64,000 bases of DNA from a virus: positions 32,001 to 96,000 of IMG/VR virus record IMGVR_UViG_3300009314_000003; one strand, 5' to 3'. A program made the translations under genes and the position numbers. Each line of letters opens with the position of its first letter. Position 1 is the stretch's first letter. Shown here piece after piece: positions 28,001 to 34,400 of the stretch. The notes beneath the pieces are model-generated. The model saw nothing but the letters and a program-made list of their open reading frames with translations. It was not told the DNA's origin and did no database searches.

Positions 28001-28206
28001 GTTATCTATCCGATCAAGGACATACTATTCGAGAAAAGGAATTCATTTCCCTTCTAAACGCACGGCTACCTCAGAAAGAGGTAGAAGAGATAGTCCATTC
28101 TCTTGAACAAGAGAAGCAGCAAGTAACATGGTGGAAACCAGTTGAATCCGACGCGGACAAACTAGATATCGATGATATTTCAGGTACGATAGTTGGATTA
28201 CAATAG
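22031..28206 (+). CDS. Tail tube protein (206 aa) split by 7 group I introns; join(22031..22192,23308..23337,23549..23567,25338..25540,25873..25949,26851..26870,27098..27117,28117..28206)
   Basis: Exons total 621 nt and stay in frame. The product MSNVF..TFSGSDI..SVNREVRPVFVMG/KSDAVSYSKG/KRGIAG/SLILTMFD..SDQIPPFDITLVG/VNEFG..ISEGTGVSV/DDNVQE/AQMTFVA/QQVTWW.. is colinear with paralog 28247..29155 across every junction. AAGGAG RBS; follows the sheath. Confidence 0.9.
22193..23307 (+). mobile_element. Group I intron 1 (1115 nt), endonuclease in L8
   Basis: P1 GGGT|AAAT / ATTTGCCC with U.G; P10 TGATTT/AAATCA; P3 TCCTGC/GCAGGA; R GTAGAGACT; S GAGATAGTCC; P8 GCTGTCTAAAT/ATTTAGACAGC; terminal G. Confidence 0.92.
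22372..23262 (+). CDS. LAGLIDADG homing endonuclease (intron 1)
   Basis: LLNGSLLGDG and LTSWYYDDG; C-terminal RHFGSFKVALESA helical repeat. Confidence 0.9.
   Translation: MNDQTHQLLNGSLLGDGYLSKCQYHTASDGYTRWHNSRYEEDHKEDDKSYLEWKATIMSQDFDVKWVYKEARTLGIKGHEADCGPVYRIYTNTSTELSDLRQIWYPDGQKIIPDYLDDFDSSTLTSWYYDDGTYHVHRQIIEISTDSFTLEDVKRLQGWLRDRWNIEAAIKRKPGHAIRRYYLHLNREASKRLLSLVEDVPSMERKKPMGWDGVFDRSETPSNFHRRLNARLSSGEKRKLIVLDLQEFYEQTGPWDGFPAVKYHYTEDCISPTLAIRHFGSFKVALESARLPTNYI
23338..23548 (+). mobile_element. Group I intron 2 (211 nt, no ORF)
   Basis: P1 AAGGGT|AAA / TTTGCCCTT; R GGTAGAGACTG; S GGAACAGTCC; P9 CCATGG-GAAA-CCATGG; terminal G before AAACGCGGA. Confidence 0.9.
23674..24372 (+). CDS. LAGLIDADG homing endonuclease (intron 3, P6 region)
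   Basis: VLYGTLLGDG and IATWFMDDG; the 3' end reads through the R element (EPCRDY). Confidence 0.9.
   Translation: MSSGKWKKYRSCPITRDGVRVLYGTLLGDGSLFKDPECVNYRFSVTHSNRHSDYIQWKQSILGLPSSIWNDEKRNLVKLQSLACTELTSIHTSFYNGAVKRIPRDIDLTELLSPLSIATWFMDDGSYDVEEAVVISAYAFCEEDMLRVAKYMDHVYGIKINVWSDNRVYIRKESHDRFFSIITHYVSEVPSMHYKVRTWIKPGVSQVKLLGYDEPCRDYPTAVGSWDGFIRP
24398..25309 (+). CDS. LAGLIDADG homing endonuclease with N-terminal Myb/SANT-like domain (intron 3, L8)
   Basis: WTQEETEILRDNY; YILGFFTADG; HFLRGYFDGDG. Confidence 0.9.
   Translation: MNWTQEETEILRDNYSWNPRTAMLLPNRSAHQVIKKANNIGLKRDGRGRIDTLRADYFDHWTPNMTYILGFFTADGNIYAPPTRVDGVSVYKITFAQSDPYILELVCDELGISRGYIYGQQGLNALPQGGYLNMIHPMYRVMFTSKYMVERLKELGLSERKSTQLKKVSVPKKFFAHFLRGYFDGDGCLQISNNTTPSITFTGGSRQFLKSIEARISRYWDLPGGRLRPRKRNKVWDLRYRKATSLEILKRMYEGHPDILCLLTKYNKYAGVIGDDVIDIPEVSYNYRVYDTGTQVQEDIVQE
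25541..25872 (+). mobile_element. Group I intron 4 (332 nt, no credible ORF), extended P1 loop
   Basis: CGGT| pairs with GCCG at ~25612 across an AATAAGAGAT/ATCTCTTATT stem; P GAATTCAGTGGA; R GCAACGACTA; S GATATAGTCT; terminal G. Confidence 0.88.
25950..26850 (+). mobile_element. Group I intron 5 (901 nt), endonuclease in P7.1 loop
   Basis: P1 CGGT|TGA / TCAGCCG with U.G; P10 ATCA/TGAT; R GTAGAGACTA; GCTTGAATCAT/ATGATTCAAGC stem around most of the ORF; S GATATAGTCC. Confidence 0.9.
26128..26853 (+). CDS. LAGLIDADG homing endonuclease (intron 5)
   Basis: ILLGMCIGDG and IAIWHMDDG; the stop codon is the first 3 nt of exon 6. Confidence 0.9.
   Translation: MNKDKRSILLGMCIGDGYIGVSTDKRWNTKSYVLRLCHSVKQKAYLEHKTELLHSALGGKKPRIVEYNNNGYPGVKCSKTNKYFKVLRDWLYKDGEKVVTRRILDMLTPQGIAIWHMDDGSLYTKRRNGKVHAWELCTSTYVSWDENQVIVDYFRDVHGIRFTIVKGKGKYRIRCGTKEAKKFIEIVKPFIIPSMLYKVRMISDNNDSSQERPAPHVGDDIVRTPMKVGEIRFKRPYDNKS
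26871..27097 (+). mobile_element. Group I intron 6 (227 nt, no ORF), non-canonical splice junction
   Basis: P1 AGAGGCG/TGCCTCT; P3 CCAGGC/GCCTGG; R CTGCAGAGACT; S GAGATAGTCC; P9 as in intron 1. Boundary is ambiguous by 1-2 nt. Confidence 0.8.
27118..28116 (+). mobile_element. Group I intron 7 (999 nt), endonuclease inserted after P7
   Basis: P1 TGTGGCT| / GGTCACA with U.G; P10 GCTG/CAGC; P3 CCGTGC/GCACGG; R CTGTAGAGACT; P8 CTACCTC/GAGGTAG; S GAGATAGTCC. Confidence 0.9.
27244..28206 (+). CDS. LAGLIDADG homing endonuclease with N-terminal Myb/SANT-like domain (intron 7), in frame with tube exon 8
   Basis: WTNKEVEILHENY; YVYGLIVADG; HFLRGYFDGDG; its last 29 aa are the tube C-terminus. Confidence 0.88.
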   Translation: MKLWTNKEVEILHENYSWNPRIDELLPDRPRRQIVSKANREGLKVMGRGRAWGLKVDFFDHWSEEMAYVYGLIVADGCIMKRKDSGIMVIDITLNDEDHIRRLANLLGVPERVYSNSDGTYHLRFVSNYIAKRLMKLKVPFRKSLVLGKLPVPKKFFSHFLRGYFDGDGSFSINAKGRAPMLSFTSGSYNFLRWIQAKLKRYYGFPMGRLRNKKGTNTWNVWYRKSASIFLMAIMYRDKGDLFLRRKYNRYISYLSDQGHTIREKEFISLLNARLPQKEVEEIVHSLEQEKQQVTWWKPVESDADKLDIDDISGTIVGLQ

Positions 28207-28246
28207 AAAGTCAGTAGACAAGCGTGTATGGACAATATAAATAAAG

Positions 28247-29155
28247 ATGCCTTACGGACCATTTCAGTTTGGTAGTTTAGAATCGGGGCAAACCTTCTCC
28301 GGGGTAGATATTATTGCTACCCTACGGGGACCAGATATACCCGGAGCTATTGCTATGACAAACCTAAACACCGTAAGTTACTCTATACACAGGGAGAAGG
28401 CACCCGTCCGTCGACTCGGGCGGGTGTACTCCCAAGGCTACACCAGAGGCCCCCGCACAATCGCCGGCAGTATGGTGTGGATAAACTTTAATAAGGCAGC
28501 TCTCTGGGAACTAATTAGAACGGCCCCTGGCGAGGAATCGCCTGTTCACTCCATCATGACAGATCAGCTCCCCCCTTTCCATATGGGCTTTACCTTTGTC
28601 AATGAGAATGGGCTGTCAGCCTTTATGAATCTCTTTGGCATTGAGATTGTGGACGAGGGAATGGTGCTGGGTACGGATGAGGCTTACCTAGAAACGACCA
28701 TGCAATATGTAGCAGAGGATATTGACCTTATGTACCCAGGAGATGATATTAACGAGAAGTGGGATGAGCTTATGCGGCAAGGTATAGACAAACAACACCA
28801 TGAAATCTTTAATAGTAAAGAGGAAGCCAACCAGTTTGCTGCTGAGTTAAGGGGTAAAGGAATAAGAATAAATGTTGGGAAAATAATGAGTGGAGAAGAT
28901 AAGGATAAGTGGAAGGTGTACTTTTCCTTAACAACAGGTGAAGAGATGTTCAACGTCTTAGGTCCATCAAATAAAGACTTTGTTCGTATGATGAAGGCAG
29001 CAGGTCTACTTGATTTTGATCCTTGGGGAGAGAGTCTTGATAAGAAGGATCTTGTATACTATGACGCCCATGGAAATCCACACTACGATACAACCCATAC
29101 ATATCAACACTATACACCACCACCACCTGAACCTGAAAATGGAGATGATGGTTAA
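28247..29155 (+). CDS. Tail tube paralog (tube initiator-like) with C-terminal extension
   Basis: TFSGVDI, SIHREKAPV, TRGPRTIAGS, DQLPPF, VNENG and QYVA parallel the spliced tube protein. Confidence 0.8.
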   Translation: MPYGPFQFGSLESGQTFSGVDIIATLRGPDIPGAIAMTNLNTVSYSIHREKAPVRRLGRVYSQGYTRGPRTIAGSMVWINFNKAALWELIRTAPGEESPVHSIMTDQLPPFHMGFTFVNENGLSAFMNLFGIEIVDEGMVLGTDEAYLETTMQYVAEDIDLMYPGDDINEKWDELMRQGIDKQHHEIFNSKEEANQFAAELRGKGIRINVGKIMSGEDKDKWKVYFSLTTGEEMFNVLGPSNKDFVRMMKAAGLLDFDPWGESLDKKDLVYYDAHGNPHYDTTHTYQHYTPPPPEPENGDDG

Positions 29156-30258
29156 TGTACTATAGCGGAACACAAGCTACAGCTTGGGTGGCCAGTAAAA
29201 AAGGTAGCCGGCGGCTTACATTATTTGAATTAGATGTAGCCTCCTTCCAATTCAATGCCTCTGTAGTTAAGATGCCACTCTATGGCTACCGCTCCAAGAC
29301 TTTTGATGCCGTAGCTGTTGGTGAAAAGCTGATTCAAGGCCAGATGATGATTAACTTTAAGGAAGCAGATCAACTGGAGCTTCTTGAGGAGGAGATAACG
29401 TTTGAACTTACCCTCGAATATCAGCGTGGGCTGGGCTCGGACTTCACCCAATATATCTTTGAGGATGTACACTTCTCCACCCTCTCCCATGGGGCCACAC
29501 CAACCGGGAATCCAATTATAGAGGCCGTTGACTTCATAGCTAAAGACTTCCGGGCCAAGACTACTGCGCGTCCACCTATTGCTATTCCTGAGGATGAAAC
29601 GAGCGTGGGAGAAGATTCTTTAGGTGGTGTTCCACCCCCGGAAGATATACCTTTAGATGTATTTGTAGATAAAATTAAAGCAGAAGCCTACCAACTTATT
29701 GTAGGTTCTATATCAACCCACGATCGGTTTTACATACCCTATAGTAGTATAACACGCAACTCACCTTTACTTACTAGTTATATAACTGACTATACAGTGA
29801 AGGCTGGAGATTTGGTATGTTGTCGGCCTTCATGTGGGGTTGAGACAAGAGGAGGCGATTTCCGGATAACGGTGGGCTCTAGGGTGAAGCCCCGCTGGGC
29901 TTTTCAAATTAAACAGGCTGTAGAGGCATCCATTTCGCCGGAGGGGACTTCCTCCTACATTGGCCCATTTAGTAGTAAAGAGGCCGCCGAAAGTTTCTAT
30001 GAATTCTATCCTATCTTTGGAAATGGTATGTGGATATGGGGTACTCGGGATGGTCCGATGGTGATCATAAAGGGAAATACTAGATTCCCTGATTTTGTTG
30101 TGTTTAAAGATTCGCAGGAGGAATCATTGGGGGTCATAAGTAATCAGCTGGGGGAGATTATGTATATAAACTCCGATGATATAGACGACTTACTCCATAA
30201 TAGGACGACTAAAGTAGAAATACTTAATCACTTATTTGCCCACCTTGTCCAATCATAG
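29155..30258 (+). CDS. Second tube-fold paralog / baseplate-tube junction protein
   Basis: YYSG, KMPLYGY, AVGEKLIQGQMMINF and NPIIEAVDFIAKD follow the tube motif order; TAATG coupling. Confidence 0.65.
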   Translation: MYYSGTQATAWVASKKGSRRLTLFELDVASFQFNASVVKMPLYGYRSKTFDAVAVGEKLIQGQMMINFKEADQLELLEEEITFELTLEYQRGLGSDFTQYIFEDVHFSTLSHGATPTGNPIIEAVDFIAKDFRAKTTARPPIAIPEDETSVGEDSLGGVPPPEDIPLDVFVDKIKAEAYQLIVGSISTHDRFYIPYSSITRNSPLLTSYITDYTVKAGDLVCCRPSCGVETRGGDFRITVGSRVKPRWAFQIKQAVEASISPEGTSSYIGPFSSKEAAESFYEFYPIFGNGMWIWGTRDGPMVIIKGNTRFPDFVVFKDSQEESLGVISNQLGEIMYINSDDIDDLLHNRTTKVEILNHLFAHLVQS

Positions 30259-30261
30259 CCG

Positions 30262-30271
30262 GACATAACTA
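30262..30271 (+). promoter_or_regulatory. Candidate phage promoter motif GACATAACTA (copy 3), upstream of the chaperone and giant-protein genes
   Basis: Same 10-mer as at 12281 and 21939, again intergenic. Confidence 0.45.
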
Positions 30272-30324
30272 AACTACAAACAGAATTAAACTCATAACAT
30301 ACATATATGGAGGATAAACCATAA

Positions 30325-30747
30325 ATGATTGAAGAACAACAACAGCAAGAAGAAGAAGTAACGGAAGAAGTAATGCTCCCAGAGGAAGTAATATCCCCCG
30401 AGGATTTATTTGAGGGAGATGATTCCTATCCTTACGGTCCTAAGGGGCCCAGCCGAGCTGAAATAAATACCCTCAAGGAGAAATATGGTGATCTACAACT
30501 AACTGAAGTTGCTGGCAATATCTATATCTACCGCCTTATGCTCAGGGGTGAGCATATGAAGCTGGTGGAGAGCGGCGCCCTGGAGGGCGATGATTCAGAG
30601 ATGATTACCGTGGAAACTCTCCTTGTCTGGCCTAATCCTAAGGAGATCGACTGGGATGCTGTAGGGGCCGGAGTGGTACCCACCCTATCAACAGATATGC
30701 TTCAGTTCTCGGGCTTCATTCGCTTAACCCAACCCATCAAGCTATAA
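30325..30747 (+). CDS. Putative tail assembly chaperone
   Basis: Acidic 140 aa; LKEKYGD..YIYRLMLRGE..LLVWP; GGAGG RBS; lies between tube and tape-measure position. Confidence 0.7.
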   Translation: MIEEQQQQEEEVTEEVMLPEEVISPEDLFEGDDSYPYGPKGPSRAEINTLKEKYGDLQLTEVAGNIYIYRLMLRGEHMKLVESGALEGDDSEMITVETLLVWPNPKEIDWDAVGAGVVPTLSTDMLQFSGFIRLTQPIKL

Positions 30748-30886
30748 CCTCCCCACACCCATAACGGGCCGCTGTTTTGGCCTGTAGGATGGTTTCATGC
30801 CATCACTAATCTGTGAGCAGACACCTCGAAATAGAATGACTCATAGGAGGTGGTGAGGTACGCCTTTAATGGAGTAATACTTACAC

Positions 30887-31486
30887 ATGTCTTATAAGGA
30901 AATAACCAGTTGGAAGCAACGTTGGGGCACCATCCATCAGATTGTTCTGGAGGGTATTACCTGCTACTATCGCAGTCTTACGGCGTGGGAGTTTACAGCC
31001 CTCAAGGAATTGATGGACCACAATCCCAGTGTCGACTGGGATAGTGTTATATGTTCGATGGGCCTGTTAGGATCCGATGTTTCACAATTCAAACTGGCTG
31101 GTACAACAACAACTATGTCCTCCCTTATACTTGAAGCCTCCATCTTTACTGAAGAGACCATAGGGCCTAGCGTGATAGAGGCTAGGGAGTGGGCCGCAAA
31201 GGTAGTGGAAGACAATTTCCTCATAGGTCTGGCCCTTGCCATCGGCAGTATATATCCAGGCTCTGATATTATATCCCTACTTAATGAGCCGGCTGAGAGA
31301 CTTATTAAACTTGGTGCCCTCGTAGAGCAAATCACTAAGCAACCCATCTTTAAGGATTCCAGTGGTCTTAAGGCTATGCCTCTAACAAAGACTGGAGAGA
31401 TGGCAGCACAAAATAAGGGTAAGCAAATAGCGGAGTCAACGCGTGCCCTAAGAGAGGAGATATCAAAGCAGCGTAAGAAGAAATAA
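30887..31486 (+). CDS. Second putative tail assembly chaperone (resembles the previous gene)
   Basis: WKQRWGTI..CYYRSLTAWE..AGTTTTMSSLILEAS parallels 30325..30747. Confidence 0.6.
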   Translation: MSYKEITSWKQRWGTIHQIVLEGITCYYRSLTAWEFTALKELMDHNPSVDWDSVICSMGLLGSDVSQFKLAGTTTTMSSLILEASIFTEETIGPSVIEAREWAAKVVEDNFLIGLALAIGSIYPGSDIISLLNEPAERLIKLGALVEQITKQPIFKDSSGLKAMPLTKTGEMAAQNKGKQIAESTRALREEISKQRKKK

Positions 31487-31490
31487 TCTA

Positions 31491-34400
31491 ATGCCGGATC
31501 AGAGAGAGACATTCGAAGAACTACAGCCACAGGAAGGTGGTGGGGCGCTGAAACAGCTTGCTGGTTTAGGCCTTGCCCTTGTAGGCTGGGGTATAGGCCT
31601 CACCCTGGCCAGATTCGGATTTACGGCCGGTAAAGCAGCTGCCTTGAAACGGCTGGCTGGTATAAAGAAACCAGCCACAGAGGTTCTTAAGCGCTATAAG
31701 ACAGCAGCTATTTACGCACAGGACAAGGGAGGTAGCTTCTCCCATTTTGCCTCCAAGGCAGGTATGCCTGGTGGTAAAGCATTAGCGGACATACGTTATG
31801 CGGCTGAGGAATCTCCTATAATCAAATCCTTTAGGACCTCAACTAAGAATAAGAGTATACTACAGAAGGTTGGAACCTACCGTAGTTTCCCCAGGGGTCA
31901 GAGAATAGAACTTGGACGGGGCCTTGCTGCTCACTACGGGCGGGAAATGGCTTTTGTGGCCCCTACCTTCTATGTTGGGGAGCAGATGCTCGGACGTTTG
32001 GGTTGGGGTGCACACCAGAGGGATGCTCATCAAGGCCCTGCCTGGTGGAATATACCGGGACACGCTGTCAACTTTGCCAGGTGGCTTCCAGGATTCCTGA
32101 CAATAGACCTGGGTGCTCGCCTGGGCTTCGGCCTGGTTGGTGCGGCTAAAAGGGCTACATCAAATGCTGTTTTTAAGAGTCAACCCCTCCGAAGCCTTCC
32201 GGAGATAATTACCAACGCCCGCCGTTACGCCAAAGACAATCTAGATTCCCCAGTCGTAAATCTCATTACCAGCACACTCGCTTCGGTACGTGCCTTCAGT
32301 CATTTTGTGGGAGGTAAGACAGATGCCAATAACCAGACTAAGAGATTTGCCGAGCGTAGTTATAAAACTATCAGTGGGTATCGGCGCACAGGGGCTACTG
32401 CTAATGAGTATATAACCGAGAACACACGCCGTCTCTTTAAGGATTATAGACGCTTCAAGGCTAAGGCTAAGAGTGACCTGAAGCGGGCCTTATCCACTGA
32501 CTATACCAGGACTGGGGCAGAGTTAACTCGCTTATTTGATCCTGATGCTGCAAAGTCATCTCCTATACACATATTCAAGAAAGGGTTTGGCGTTGAGTAT
32601 GGAGGTATGAGGGAAATGTCCAGGCATCTGTTTGAGCGCAAGATGCCTCTGGTGGCCAGGTTATCGGGGTTGGAGAGCCTTCGGATGCGCCATCTCAAGG
32701 GGATTGGGCAATCCGAGGAGTGGAAACGCATCTTCAGAGTAATTTACAAGGGAATTCAATCGGCTAGGGAATTTGGTGATGCGGGAAACCAGGTTAGAAA
32801 ATTAGTCAAGGGTGGATATTCTGAGGGTGGGAAACGTTCCTTTGACGACCTCATTGTAGATTCCAGACTCTTCTTCGATCCCGTGACTAAGGAAGTTCGT
32901 AACCTCTCCGGTTTTACCTTTAAGGACATAATTGGCAGGTCCCTACACTATGCCTCTAAGCGCCTCACCTTTAACACACCCCTCGGTAAGATTGATCTGG
33001 TTAGCATCTTTGGCGGACGTGCTGTAGCTAGTTACGGTATGCCCAGTATAGTTCGCCTGGAGCATGGACGTGTACCGACCAAGGCTATTCAACGGTTGTA
33101 TGGTGTAGAGGTATATCCTACCCCAACAGACCCAAGCGCAAAGCAATTTACTCAGGTACTAGCAATAAAGGATAGGAAGAGCGGCTACACAGTCTGGGCT
33201 GATGTATATGGTGGTGATGCAAGTGGTGGAACTGGGCTGGAAGTGGTGGCAAGGAATATGAGTCTTGTCTCCAGTACCGATAGCACGAAGATGATGAGTG
33301 TCTATGCTATGCGGGAGAGTATGTGGCCTCCGCTTGATAAGAATGCACTTAATGAAAGATTTAAGGGTGGGGGTATAACCCCAACAATTAGAAAGTGGCT
33401 GCATAACAAGTTTGACTTGTTTGGGGGAGGAAAGTTTTATCCATCTGTGTGGGAACTTGCTCTACACCATATGCGCGGTGATTCAAGGGTGTGGACTATA
33501 TTTCATCCGGAGGGTCTTCCTGCCAGGGTAGCCAGCGGTATCTACAAGATGAAGGACCTTGCCGCCTCCGGCGGGCAGAAGGCAAGCTATCAGATTCAGT
33601 ATTTGGACGCCGCCTACAGGAAGGCGCGCACAGAAGCAAGTAAGCTGCTCACAAGGGATGATATACTGAGTCGTATATTACGTAAAGCTTATGAGGGAGA
33701 TACCATAAAACTATGGGGCGTTAAGACAGAATTCAAGATTAAGGATATCATTGATGAGAAGATTGTGGAGGACGGCTTACCAGAACCTCTGCGTCTTGTG
33801 AGGGAGATACTTAAAATTGATGAGACTGCATCCGCTGATAGTAGACTCGGGAGAAATCTTAAGCAGATCATAGATGAGTTGACAGATAGGATGCCTGAGA
33901 TGGGCGGTTTTCATAAGTATGTCTCAGAGGGAGGGGTTGGAGAGACAGCAACTGTAAAAGCCAAAAGGTTCCTGGCCGAAAGAGCTATACTACGTGAGGC
34001 GGATACCCTGGGGGCGGCCAGGCAACTAGATACTCCCCACGCCGGTGATACGGTTAAAAATATTGTAGATGATATCCTCGTGGCATTTGATGATCTGGCC
34101 AAGACAAATGCTATAACCACCAAGGACCTGCTGAAGGTTAAGATGGGAATGCAAGGGATAAGATGGGAGCACGAAGTACGCAACCTAGGCAGCCTGAGTG
34201 GAAAGAGTCAGATAACGGGGCGTGGTATTGATAAACTCTTTCAGGCAGTAGGCGAACGGGGCCTCATGGCTAAGGAGTATAAGGACGTTGAATCGTTATT
34301 TGACTTCCTCAGGAAGGCTAAGATGGAAGATCCAGAGCTGTGGGATTCCTACCGGCGTATGACGGGCAAGTTCAAAACCACAATGATGGTTGACTCTCAG

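Noticed and set aside
22193-28116. Interpretation as group II introns or as a cluster of free-standing endonucleases
   Set aside because: No GUGYG start, domain V or reverse transcriptase. P1, R, S and terminal G indicate group I, and each endonuclease starts inside an intron.
30730-30890. Classical tail chaperone G/GT programmed frameshift
   Set aside because: No slippery heptamer near the stop at 30747; the second chaperone-like gene has its own start and resembles the first over its length.
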